From positions 1 to 56,061 of the forward strand of contig JBNPEG010000036.1 in NCBI GenBank assembly GCA_051117555.1: 56,061 nucleotides of DNA. Reading direction: 5' to 3'. Under the pieces are notes generated by a model. That model was not told the origin of the DNA. It did not search any database and was given only the letters and a program-made list of their open reading frames with translations. Shown in pieces: positions 1-8,697 of this stretch. Both the position numbers and the translations under genes were made by a program. Position 1 is the first letter of the stretch; every line of letters starts with the position of its first letter. Source of the DNA: Elainellaceae cyanobacterium. GTDB lineage: Bacteria > Cyanobacteriota > Cyanobacteriia > CAZCXK01.

Positions 1-154
1 ATGCTCGACGGGTTGAAATTGACCAACACCATCAACAGCATGGTTTGGGGAAACGCCATAATCGGAAGCATCAACATGAGTCGATCTCTCACTTCATCCA
101 ACTCCCTACTCCTGTCCACTGACGTGACGACTGGAGGTACATCTATTCAAGAAT

Positions 155-198
155 TATTCGTGTTACCTTCAGAATTCTCCCAAAAAGTAACACGAATA
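155..198. repeat. Spaced inverted repeat TATTCGTGTTAC-N20-GTAACACGAATA
   Basis: Perfect 12-bp arms at 155-166 and 187-198; the same core recurs at 27256-27308. Confidence 0.85.
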
Positions 199-574
199 GA
201 GGTTTAGGGATGAATCGCCCCCAGCATGCCATCGCCTTGCCGAATGCCAAGAGTTCGGTTAACGCGGGCGGAGATTAGACTATCAATTCGACCAAGTTGC
301 TAAAGTGCTCACGGTTGAGGCGTTGGCCATAGATTTGGCGAATCTCTTTTGGGTAGAGGGATTGGCGTTGTTCCCCCTACACTAATAGTCAGACGGCTGC
401 TCCCTACAGGCTCCCTATTGTATCCAGACGTTTAATCTGAAGCACATCAAAGAAACATTGATGCATGGGATAGAGGCGGGTCCTACGCATCCGCAAATTT
501 GACCAGCGCTGCTCAGAATTTACCGAAGTTGCTCAGAAAAAAGTTTTGGAGAAAAGGAGGGCGATCGCCAGAAC

Positions 575-1597
575 TTAGGGTTTCAGCACGATAGTGCCAA
601 GGGCATTCCCTGCCGCCAAACGAGCATGGGCGTCGCTGGCTTCATGCAGGGGATAAACTTTATCCAATGTAGGTTTAATGTTTCCAGCTTTGACCTGCTC
701 CAACCCCCAGCGCAAGTCATCCAGGTCGCCCATCAGGGTGCCACGAATTTGCTGCTGGGCAAAGAAGAACGGAAAGACCTCCACCGTCGATTCCATCCCC
801 GTGACCATGCCCATGGAAACCAGAATGCCAAGGGGCTTCAGCGCTTTCAGAGAGTCGGAGAAGAAACGTCCGCCCAGACTGTCTACAATCACGTCCGCGC
901 CTCGGCCATCTGTCCAGTCTTTCACCCGCTCGACAAACTCTTCCGATTCCGTTTTGATCACCCGATCAGCGCCCAAGCTGTAGACGAAGTTTTCTTTCTC
1001 TGGGGTGCGAATGGTGGCGATGACGTTAGCGCCGAGGGCTTTGGCGACCTGCACGCTGATAGAACCCGTGCCTGAAGCCGCTCCGTGAATAACTACGGTA
1101 TCTCCCGCTTTCACCTCACCCACGACTTTCACCGCCCGGACGCAGGTAACGAGCGGCATGGGCAGCGTCGCCGCCAGTTCGGGGGATAGTCCCGTCTCGT
1201 CTTTGACCAGCCAGCGTTCTGGCACCACCATGTACTCAGCATAGGTGCCGCGCTCTGCCACACCGCGAATTAGGTAGCTGGGTGCTGCACTCAGAGGATG
1301 AAAGTCGGCTTCGCTGGCATCTACGGGATATCCCGGCATGGGCATAACGCGATCGCCAATCTGAAACTTCGTCGCCCCTGGCCCGTTGGCATCGACTAGG
1401 CCAACCGCATCGGAGCCAAGAATGTGGGGAAACGGCAAATCAGTAACGCTACCTGATCGCAAGTAGTGATCCAGGCGGTTCAGCCCTGTTGCCAAAATTT
1501 TGATCCGCACCTCGCCTGCTTTAGGGTCGGGGGTTTCAATGTCGGTGTAGTACAAAACGTCAGGGGCACCGAACTGAGTGAGAACAGATGCTTTCAT
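575..1597 (-). CDS. MDR-family NAD(P)H quinone oxidoreductase / zinc-binding alcohol dehydrogenase-like protein
   Basis: 340 aa. GroES-like N-terminus (PxPKAGEVRIKI, HILGSDAVG), nucleotide-binding GAASGTG, C-terminal YPLHEASDAH..GTIVL. Confidence 0.93.
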   Translation of the reverse strand: MKASVLTQFGAPDVLYYTDIETPDPKAGEVRIKILATGLNRLDHYLRSGSVTDLPFPHILGSDAVGLVDANGPGATKFQIGDRVMPMPGYPVDASEADFHPLSAAPSYLIRGVAERGTYAEYMVVPERWLVKDETGLSPELAATLPMPLVTCVRAVKVVGEVKAGDTVVIHGAASGTGSISVQVAKALGANVIATIRTPEKENFVYSLGADRVIKTESEEFVERVKDWTDGRGADVIVDSLGGRFFSDSLKALKPLGILVSMGMVTGMESTVEVFPFFFAQQQIRGTLMGDLDDLRWGLEQVKAGNIKPTLDKVYPLHEASDAHARLAAGNALGTIVLKP

Positions 1598-1660
1598 GGG
1601 ATTTCTCCAGTAAATGAACGAAGTTGGCTTGAGAGAGCAATGACAGAAAGACCAGGCTTC

Positions 1661-1674
1661 CTATCAGAAGGTAG
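1661..1674. promoter_or_regulatory. Putative TetR operator CTATC-N4-GGTAG upstream of the oxidoreductase
   Basis: Quasi-palindrome with arms identical to the site at 2297-2310. Confidence 0.6.
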
Positions 1675-1708
1675 TTAAATGATCAAAAAAATATTCAGTT
1701 AAGGATAT

Positions 1709-2287
1709 TCAATTTTTCACGAGGGCGATCAGTTGCTCGACCATGTGGTGAAACTTTTGGGCTCCCCCTTCGGCACGGGCAACCAACATGCCGCCTTCCA
1801 GCGAGGAAAACATCAAACCAGCCAGAACTGCTACATCACCAGAAAAATGAAAGTCTCCGGTTGCCAGTCCATCCTTGAGAATGGTCGTTAACCGCGCTTC
1901 ATTTTCTCGGTAAAAGCGGCAGACTTGCTCTAAGGAAGGATGGTTGATACTGGCCAGTTCAGCCCCAACCATGCCACACAGACAAGCCTTGTCCTGGTCA
2001 CCGCTGCTCAGAGTGGCTTCGTAAAGCCCGCAGTAGCGACGCAGCTTGATTTCTAGCGAGTCATCGGAAGCGAGAATACCGTCCACAATCCGCAGAAAGC
2101 GATCGTTGTATCGGTCTAACAGCGCCACCAGCAGGTCATCCTTTTTAGGAAAGTGCGTGTGGACGCTAGCCTTACGAATGCCAACCGCTTCGCTGATGTC
2201 TTTGTAGCTCATGCCGTTGACGCCAAGGCGCTGAATCAGGTCTTGAGCGACATCGAGGATTTGAGTCTTGGTATCGGTTTGCTTCAT
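1709..2287 (-). CDS. TetR/AcrR family regulator (NemR-like)
   Basis: HTH motif SYKDISEAVGIRKASVHTHFPKKDDL; C-terminal ACLCG motif. Confidence 0.93.
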   Translation of the reverse strand: MKQTDTKTQILDVAQDLIQRLGVNGMSYKDISEAVGIRKASVHTHFPKKDDLLVALLDRYNDRFLRIVDGILASDDSLEIKLRRYCGLYEATLSSGDQDKACLCGMVGAELASINHPSLEQVCRFYRENEARLTTILKDGLATGDFHFSGDVAVLAGLMFSSLEGGMLVARAEGGAQKFHHMVEQLIALVKN

Positions 2288-2293
2288 AATGAC

Positions 2294-2322
2294 ATCCTAT
2301 CTATAGGTAGCTAGCCTGTCAA
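2294..2322 (-). promoter_or_regulatory. Sigma70-type promoter TTGACA-17-TAGGAT overlapped by operator CTATC-TATA-GGTAG (2297-2310)
   Basis: On the minus strand, -35 lies at 2322-2317 and -10 at 2299-2294; 6 nt separate the -10 from the ATG at 2287. Confidence 0.7.
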
Positions 2323-2378
2323 CCCTCTTTCTGACCTTTTTCATCTTGCGGCTTTTGTTTACTGGCTCATCAGGGACT

Positions 2379-2481
2379 ATACCAATTCTCGATTTTGGAT
2401 TTGCGATTTTGGATTGACGGCCACCAGCCCTGCAAGGGTTCTAGCCTGTTCATTGATAGCCTTACTTCGAAGAATTGGTAT
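2379..2481. mobile_element. Small MITE-like element with terminal inverted repeats ATACCAATTCT/AGAATTGGTAT
   Basis: 11-bp inverted ends enclosing GATTTTGGATT repeats; a partial copy of the end occurs near 54469. Confidence 0.55.
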
Positions 2482-2516
2482 TAGAAGCGAATCCTCGTTG
2501 ACTGACAAAAGTTCTA

Positions 2517-2756
2517 ATGTAGGTTGGCGTTGAGCGGAGCGTATAGCCCAAGGGGCATAAAAGAAACGCGAAGCGTCTCCACAGGAGTTAACCCAACACT
2601 AGCAATACTTTCAATGGGTTACGCTAACGCTAACCCATTCTATCAGTGTGACATACCTGAAATAGTGCAAATTCTTAAAGGGCTGAATCTCTTGAATCCG
2701 GTGCGTTACGCTGCGCTAACGACACCCTACCTGATACACTATTTTAGCTGTGCCAC
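2517..2756. repeat. Cluster of cyanobacterial REP-like/dispersed repeats
   Basis: GTAGGTTGG..AACCCAAC and GGTGCGTTACGCT..CGCTAAC..CCCTAC motifs shared with 16031-16186 and 52561-52676; ends in ATTTTAGCTGTGCCAC. Confidence 0.6.
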
Positions 2757-2798
2757 GCCACTATGGCTATACACGTTTTGCTAAAAAGCGATAAGATG

Positions 2799-2814
2799 TA
2801 GACAAGTCTGTATA
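2799..2814. promoter_or_regulatory. Putative TetR operator TAGACAAGTCTGTATA
   Basis: Quasi-palindrome just upstream of the second TetR gene; resembles the site at 4249-4264. Confidence 0.6.
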
Positions 2815-2828
2815 AATTCATCTTTGAT

Positions 2829-3413
2829 ATGGCTGGTACAAAATCGTCTTCAAAACTGCCTGCCCGCGATCGCATCTTGAAAGCGGCGTCGGACCTGTTC
2901 TATCAAGAAGGGGTGCAAAACGTCGGCATCGATCGCATCATCGCCGAGTCAGGTGTGGCCAAGATGTCTTTGTATAATCATTTCAAGTCCAAAGATGCCT
3001 TGATTGCCGCTTGGCTGCAACAGCGCGATATCAACTGGCGCAACTGGTTTCAGAACACGGTGGAAAACAAGGCGACAGAGCCCGCTGAACGACTCCTCGC
3101 TATGTTTGACGCACTTGGAGAGTGGTTTTCTCAACCGGATTTTCGAGGCTGTGCCTTCATCAACTCTTCCGTTGAGCTAGTTGATCCAGAGCATCCCGGT
3201 TACCAGGTTGCGATCGAGCATCAGCAGGCGATCTATGACTACATTCTGCAACTGGTGAATGAAGCTGAAATTGCCAATCCTGAAGTAGTGGCTGAGCGAT
3301 TGTTGCTGTTGGTGGAAGGGGCGATCGTGGTGGCGATGATGCGCCGCAGTCCGGCAGCGGCAGCCCATGCAAAAGCCGCCGCTACCACTTTGATTCACAA
3401 AGCCCAGCAATAG
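2829..3413 (+). CDS. TetR/AcrR family regulator
   Basis: HTH motif GIDRIIAESGVAKMSLYNHFKSKDAL; FRGCAFIN motif. Confidence 0.94.
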   Translation: MAGTKSSSKLPARDRILKAASDLFYQEGVQNVGIDRIIAESGVAKMSLYNHFKSKDALIAAWLQQRDINWRNWFQNTVENKATEPAERLLAMFDALGEWFSQPDFRGCAFINSSVELVDPEHPGYQVAIEHQQAIYDYILQLVNEAEIANPEVVAERLLLLVEGAIVVAMMRRSPAAAAHAKAAATTLIHKAQQ

Positions 3414-3419
3414 AGCTAA

Positions 3420-3872
3420 ATGAACAGAGAATTCTTCCTAACGTGGCTAAAGCTAGGCTGTATCGTCGTTAGCATCACTGGACTGGTTTCGTTTGCGGCC
3501 AGTAGTGAGACATTCGGCGAACTATGGTTATGGCTGTTTGACCTTGTAAAGTGGCCGTTGGATGGAGACCCTGCCAGCTTTAGCAGTGACACGAGGTCGC
3601 TGAACGCAATCCTCGGCGGCGTAATGGTTGGATGGGAAATGCTGATGTATTTTGTCGCCGCTGGACCTGTTGCAGAGGGCGATGTAAAGCTGGCTCGTCA
3701 GATGCTCATATCGGTTTTTGTCTGGTTCTGCATCGATTCGACGGGTTCTTACCTGTCTCAACTGCCTGGGAACATTCTGCTAAATCTGATTTTTTTAGTG
3801 ATGCTCGCTGTGCCGTTGCTAGCTTTATCGAAAGGAACTGCCACTGTGGAATCTTCAGTCGAAAGTAGGTGA
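3420..3872 (+). CDS. Hypothetical membrane protein (~4 TM)
   Basis: 150-aa hydrophobic ORF starting 6 nt after the TetR stop. Confidence 0.75.
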   Translation: MNREFFLTWLKLGCIVVSITGLVSFAASSETFGELWLWLFDLVKWPLDGDPASFSSDTRSLNAILGGVMVGWEMLMYFVAAGPVAEGDVKLARQMLISVFVWFCIDSTGSYLSQLPGNILLNLIFLVMLAVPLLALSKGTATVESSVESR

Positions 3873-3897
3873 TTTCTGTAGAAGGAGAGAACTCGCT

Positions 3898-4016
3898 TCA
3901 AATGCCATTGGCGCTTTTTAGCTTTTTAAGAGCCTGGTAAAGCGCTGCAATCTCTTCGTCTGTCAGATGCTCGGCGAAATGTTCAGCAATGGCAGCGGAG
4001 TAAACTGCCTACATCT
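3898..4016 (-). pseudogene. C-terminal remnant of a MarR-like regulator
   Basis: Translates as QM*AVYSAAIAEHFAEHLTDEEIAALYQALKKLKSANGI*, resembling a MarR terminal helix with a probable TGG>TAG change. Confidence 0.5.
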
Positions 4017-4214
4017 GAATGCCGTTACCCACGACTATCCTGAACAACTGACCCAGTTTCTTAAAAATCGTCAGTCTTCCCTTTCGACCTTGATTAGCTG
4101 AACTCTGGAATACCATTAGCGCTTTTTGAATCGCTATCAGAGCGGGCTACGCCATCGGGTCACCAAGCCCAGACTCGACTCCTCAGACATTTCAGCCAAT
4201 TTTGAATTGATTTG

Positions 4215-4264
4215 TTGACACCGCAGGGAATAACCAGTAAAGTCAGAATAGACAGAACGGTCTA
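4215..4264 (+). promoter_or_regulatory. Promoter TTGACA-17-TAAAGT followed by operator TAGACAGAACGGTCTA
   Basis: -35 at 4215-4220, -10 at 4238-4243, palindrome at 4249-4264 over the expected transcription start. Confidence 0.75.
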
Positions 4265-4303
4265 CACAATTATTCAAGCCTCACCCTTCAACCGGAGGTT
4301 ACT

Positions 4304-5284
4304 ATGCAACTGACTAAATCAACTCTCAACCAAAGCACTGATCGCGTTTACGATGTACTGGTGGCTGGCGGTGGCGCTGCCGGACTCTCAGCAGGCATCT
4401 ATCTCCAGCGCTACCTGCTCTCGACGCTCATCATCGATAAGGGCAAAGCCCGCTCCCTCTGGATGCAGGAATTGTACAATTACCTGGGACTGCCCCCCGA
4501 AACACCTGGTCGGGACGTGCTCAAGCAGGGCAAAGACCACTACCTTTCTCTAGAAGGCGATTACCTGAACGCTTATGTGGAAGAGGTTATTGACGAAGGC
4601 GAAACCTTTGCAGTGAAAGTGCGCATTGGTCGCAAAAATCCCACTTACAAAACATTCCGCACTCGCTATCTGATTGCCGCCAGTGGCATCATCGATCATC
4701 TACCCCAGCTTGCAGACATGAAAAACGTGTTCGACTACGCCGGACACAACCTGCACGTGTGTTTAATCTGTGACGGGTACGAAATGCGCGGCCAGCGGGT
4801 CGGCGTCTTCGGCAGTAGCGCTGGCAGGTTGCAAGTAGCGTTTCCGCTCGGCTGGTTCACGCCGCATATCACTCTGTTCACCAACGGGGCATTTGAAGTA
4901 GATCAGGAATTGCGCGATCGCTTCACTGAAGCAGGCTACACCCTAAACGAACAGCCCATCCGTCAGTTCCTGGGCGAAAACCATCAGATGTCTGGGGTTG
5001 AACTGGAAGATGGTTCCGTAGTGGAACTCGACGCTGGACTCGTTTCCATGGGTTCCAAGTACCACGCCGATTACCTAACAGGCATCGACCTGGAATACCA
5101 AGGTGGCAACCTGGTCACAGACTCGATGAACCGCACCTCCCATCCGCGCATCTTCGCGGTAGGCGATTTGAAAGTCGGCATGAACCAAGTCGTCATTGCC
5201 GCCGCCGATGGAGCCAATGCCGCCACCCAAATCTGGCGCGACATCCGCCGCGCCGAAGGGACGCGGCAGCTACGGGTTGCATAA
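4304..5284 (+). CDS. FAD-dependent disulfide oxidoreductase, thioredoxin-reductase family (cyanobacterial DDOR-like)
   Basis: GGGAAG FAD motif, HVCLICDG CxxC, degenerate NADPH motif, IFAVGD; GGAGG RBS. Confidence 0.9.
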   Translation: MQLTKSTLNQSTDRVYDVLVAGGGAAGLSAGIYLQRYLLSTLIIDKGKARSLWMQELYNYLGLPPETPGRDVLKQGKDHYLSLEGDYLNAYVEEVIDEGETFAVKVRIGRKNPTYKTFRTRYLIAASGIIDHLPQLADMKNVFDYAGHNLHVCLICDGYEMRGQRVGVFGSSAGRLQVAFPLGWFTPHITLFTNGAFEVDQELRDRFTEAGYTLNEQPIRQFLGENHQMSGVELEDGSVVELDAGLVSMGSKYHADYLTGIDLEYQGGNLVTDSMNRTSHPRIFAVGDLKVGMNQVVIAAADGANAATQIWRDIRRAEGTRQLRVA

Positions 5285-5297
5285 GGAGAGTTGACCT

Positions 5298-5921
5298 ATG
5301 TTGCCGCTTATGTTCACCGATTTACCCGCTGAGATTCGGCACAACTCGTCTCCTAAGTTTCTAGGGAAAGGAGAAATCCTGCTGCAACAGGGGGATTCAG
5401 CCCGGTTTATTTATTTAGTCACAAGCGGGCAAATGCGCCTAGTGAGCTTTGTCAATCAGCAAATGGTGACCCACTACTTTGTGGATGCAGGCGAACTGCT
5501 AGGCGAAAGCGCATTGTATATCCCTAATTATGCATGTACGGCGATCGCAGAAACACCCAGTGAAGTGCGCGCCATTCCGGTGAATGAATTTGCAGCAGCA
5601 CTCAAAACAAGCCCAGATCTTTCGGAGCGCTATTTGGCTCATCTGACGCAGCGGTTTTACACCGTGAAATCATTGCTGGAGTTGCGGAGTCTTCATTCTT
5701 CTCGCGATCGCCTACTGCGATACCTCATGCCTCGACTAGCTGCCGGTCAAAACACCGTGACATTAGATAAGCCGCTTCGGGCGATCGCCAGCGAACTCGC
5801 TCTCACGCCCGAAGCCTTGTCTAGACTGCTTTCCCGCCTAGAAGCAGAAGGCCTCATTAGCCGTAAACGGCGAAGCATTACCCTTTCTCAAGAATGGTTA
5901 GAAGAGTTTGCTGACTATTGA
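5298..5921 (+). CDS. Crp/Fnr family transcriptional regulator
   Basis: cNMP-binding domain (LLQQGD, GELLGESAL) and HTH motif IASELALTPEALSRLL. Confidence 0.92.
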   Translation: MLPLMFTDLPAEIRHNSSPKFLGKGEILLQQGDSARFIYLVTSGQMRLVSFVNQQMVTHYFVDAGELLGESALYIPNYACTAIAETPSEVRAIPVNEFAAALKTSPDLSERYLAHLTQRFYTVKSLLELRSLHSSRDRLLRYLMPRLAAGQNTVTLDKPLRAIASELALTPEALSRLLSRLEAEGLISRKRRSITLSQEWLEEFADY

Positions 5922-5924
5922 AAT

Positions 5925-5940
5925 CTTGACTCTGGTTAAG
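5925..5940. promoter_or_regulatory. Fnr/Crp-type box CTTGAC-TCTG-GTTAAG
   Basis: Resembles TTGAT-N4-ATCAA; lies between the Crp/Fnr gene and the VOC gene. Confidence 0.55.
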
Positions 5941-6009
5941 GAAAAAATTAGCAATCTCAACTAATCTCGCTACGACCCTCCCAATTATTCAATTCAGGAA
6001 ATTATTACT

Positions 6010-6411
6010 ATGGCTATTACCCAAGGCGCCCATCACGTTGGTTTAACCGTTCCCAGTATCGATGAAACTCGGGATTTCTTTGTCAATACATTAGAGTTCA
6101 AACACGTGGGTGAAGTGCCCGATTATCCAGCTTATTTTTTGTCGGATGGGACGTTGTTGCTCACCCTCTGGCAAGCCAGCGACCCAGCAACCGCAACTCC
6201 TTTCGACCGCAAAACAAACATCGGCCTCCATCACTTTGCCCTTAAAGTCGATGGGCTCGACACCCTCAAAACCTTACACGAAACCTTGACCAAAACCGAG
6301 GGCGTCACGATTGAATTTGCCCCCGAACCCATTGGCGGGGGACCGACCCAGCACATGATGTTCTACATTCCTGGCGGCATCCGCATGGAGCTGATCGCTC
6401 CCGGTGGTTAA
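6010..6411 (+). CDS. VOC (glyoxalase/bleomycin resistance) family protein
   Basis: Metal-ligand motifs HHVGLTV, GLHHFALKV and GGIRMEL. Confidence 0.9.
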   Translation: MAITQGAHHVGLTVPSIDETRDFFVNTLEFKHVGEVPDYPAYFLSDGTLLLTLWQASDPATATPFDRKTNIGLHHFALKVDGLDTLKTLHETLTKTEGVTIEFAPEPIGGGPTQHMMFYIPGGIRMELIAPGG

Positions 6412-6519
6412 GTCCATGCTTGGGTTGCATTTGCGGCTGGTAGCTTTGAGATCAGTGCTCAGAGGTTGCCGATCCTGCCGCAATGCACCGCAGTGGTATC
6501 AACAAGAGAATTGAATGCT

Positions 6520-6741
6520 ATGCCGCCTAAATTTACCGAAATCGAACAGTTCCACATCCCCGGCTATCCCGCCGACCCCCAGCGTGCCATTCTGATTACT
6601 ATCGAAGCCTGGGACTGGAACTGCCCCCAGCACATTCCCCACAAATATTCCGAGCAGGAAGTGCTGAGCGTAGTTGAGCCCCTGCGCGCCCGCATCGTCG
6701 AACTTGAAGCCCAATTGGAGCAGCAAAAGTATGACAGTTGA
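6520..6741 (+). pseudogene. Internally deleted pyridoxamine 5'-phosphate oxidase-family gene
   Basis: N-terminus MPPKFTEI is joined directly to the C-terminal motif RAILITIEAWDWNCPQHI; only 73 aa. Confidence 0.7.
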
Positions 6742-6821
6742 ATCTACAGAAACGGTGTAACCAGGGTGCCGGAACGCTGATGATTGGCACCGGGATTTAT
6801 ATCACGGCTCGACAATCCTAA
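6731..6821 (+). pseudogene. Remnant of a LysE-like translocator
   Basis: Overlapping ATG (MTVES), then in another frame NQGAGTLMIGTGIYITARQS*, resembling the last TM helix of LysE. Confidence 0.4.
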
Positions 6822-6847
6822 ATCGCTATTAATTTAAGGAGAACATC

Positions 6848-7810
6848 ATGGCCATTCCCGGCTGGCAAAAAGCAGAATCCCCCTTCCACCCAGGCGAACA
6901 AGCTATTCAGGAGCGCTTGGGAGGCCGCGAAAAGATGGAAGACTTTGGCCGACGAGTGATTCGCGAGTTTTTGCCAGAGCAGCATCAACAGTTTTATGCT
7001 CAGTTGTCTTATTTTCTGGTGGGCACTGTGGATAGTGAAGGAAATCTTTGGGCGTCAATCCTCGTAGGTGCACCGGGATTTATTTCTACACCAACTGACC
7101 GCACCCTCCACATCGCTGCCCAACCCCTGTATGGCGATCCCCTTGCAGACACGCTGAAAGTCGGCAGTGAGATTGGTTTTCTCGGCATCGAACTGCACAC
7201 GCGCCGCCGCAACCGGGTGAATGGGGTCGTGAGTGCGATCGCTGCCGATGGCTTTGAGGTCCAGGTTGGGCAAACGTTTGGCAACTGTCCCAAATACATT
7301 CAGGCGCGCCAATTTGATCTCGAAGCATTTGATCCGGCTACAGCCAAGCCGCTACAAACTATGACAACCTTGGGAGAGGGCGATCGCGCCATGATCGCTG
7401 CTGCCGACACCTTCTTCATCGCCACCGCTTATCTGGAGGACTCTGCCGGGGCGGCCAAAGGCGTCGATGTTTCTCACCGAGGGGGCAAACCCGGTTTCGT
7501 GCGAGTGGATGGCGATACCCTGACGGTGCCCGATTTCACCGGCAATTGCCACTTCAACACCTTTGGCAATATTGAAGTCAATCCTCGAGCGGGTTTACTT
7601 TTCATCGACTTTGAGAAAGGCACCCTGCTCTATCTCACCGGACGCGCTGAGGTCATTTGGGATAACGACCCGGACGTGGCGGCCTATGCGGGGGCTGAAA
7701 GATTGTTCAAGTTCCACGTCGAGAAGGGCATCCGGGTGGAAGGTAGCCTGCCTTTAGCTTGGTCTACGCCGGAATACTCCCGCTTTCTAGAACAGACAGG
7801 TCCCTGGTAA
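6848..7810 (+). CDS. Pyridoxamine 5'-phosphate oxidase-related FMN-binding protein
   Basis: FHPGEQAIQ, TRRRNRVNG, FGNCPKYIQ, DVSHRGGKPGFV motifs; AAGGAG RBS. Confidence 0.9.
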   Translation: MAIPGWQKAESPFHPGEQAIQERLGGREKMEDFGRRVIREFLPEQHQQFYAQLSYFLVGTVDSEGNLWASILVGAPGFISTPTDRTLHIAAQPLYGDPLADTLKVGSEIGFLGIELHTRRRNRVNGVVSAIAADGFEVQVGQTFGNCPKYIQARQFDLEAFDPATAKPLQTMTTLGEGDRAMIAAADTFFIATAYLEDSAGAAKGVDVSHRGGKPGFVRVDGDTLTVPDFTGNCHFNTFGNIEVNPRAGLLFIDFEKGTLLYLTGRAEVIWDNDPDVAAYAGAERLFKFHVEKGIRVEGSLPLAWSTPEYSRFLEQTGPW

Positions 7811-7856
7811 GCAGCAATGCCTATTTCTACAACTCACGCTTTAGGAGGTAAATACC

Positions 7857-8006
7857 ATGAAATTCAATGCCGATCTCAATGCCGATCTCAATGCCGATCT
7901 CAATGAAAGAGCGATCGCATTCTATGAAAAGTGTGGATTTACTCGCGCCGGAAAAACCGAGCCAATGTGGATTTATAGGAGAGCGTTTAGGGTTTCGCAG
8001 TTTTAA
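7857..8006 (+). pseudogene. Short chimeric remnant ending in a GNAT acetyltransferase C-terminal motif
   Basis: Strong AGGAGG RBS; 49 aa MKF(NADL)x3-NERAIAFYEKCGF...; contains a 12-bp tandem repeat at 7864-7899. Confidence 0.55.
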
Positions 8007-8061
8007 CTGCCGCCAATTAAAGTTTTGTCAGTCAATCATCCTTCGAAAAACTCAGGGCAAG

Positions 8062-8131
8062 CCCACCCATCCACCCATCTCCCCATCCACCCATCCACCC
8101 ATCCACCCATCTCCCCATCCACCCATCCATC
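8062..8131 (+). repeat. Short tandem octamer repeats (CCATCCAC/CCATCTCC)
   Basis: Directly visible; typical cyanobacterial STRR-type intergenic repeat. Confidence 0.85.
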
Positions 8132-8612
8132 ATGCCACCCACCCCATCCCTCTTCATCTCCCACGGAGCACCCGATTTACCCATCCAAACGGGTCCCACG
8201 CAAGACTTCCTGAGACAGCTATTTCAAGTCATTCCTAAGCCCAAAGCGATCGCACTTGCAACACCACCTCTACCTCGGCAAAGCCCTGTCACCGCTACGG
8301 GAAGAAGGCGTGCTGATTCTTGGTAGCGGTGCCGCCACCCATAACCTCTGGTCGTTTGGCGATCGCTATGACGCTCCTCCACCCGAATGGGTCGTCGAGT
8401 TTGATGACTGGCTGGCGCAGACCATCGCCGCCAACGACATTTCGAGCCTGCTGAACTACCGCAACATTGCACCCTTCGCCAGCAAAAACCATCCCACCGA
8501 AGAACACCTCTTCCCCCTCTTCGTCGCACTAGGCGCAGGCGGACGAGGACGGCAAATCCACCATCACTTCACTTATGGCGCGTTCAGCATGGCGGCGTAC
8601 GCGTTTGAGTGA
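8132..8612 (+). pseudogene. DODA/LigB-type extradiol dioxygenase with internal deletion and frameshift
   Basis: [15 protein letters not shown] in one frame; GVLILGSGAATHNL..HPTEEHLFPL..FSMAAYAF in another; the central part is missing. Confidence 0.85.
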
Positions 8613-8618
8613 CAACCA

Positions 8619-8681
8619 TTTTGGATTTTGGATTTTGGACCTGCCCCCCATCTACCCATCTACCCACCTACCCACCTACCC
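8619..8681 (+). repeat. Short tandem repeats (TTTTGGA x3; CTACCCAY)
   Basis: Directly visible. Confidence 0.75.
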
Positions 8682-8697
8682 AAAAAGGAGACATACC

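Noticed and set aside
1..207. 68-aa ORF at the window start
   Set aside because: No recognisable motif, it runs through the palindrome, and its ATG coincides with the window edge.
2524..2784. 86-aa ORF
   Set aside because: Composed of dispersed repeat sequence.
7867..8238. 123-aa Pro/His-rich ORF
   Set aside because: Translation of tandem repeats; the real remnants are in other frames.
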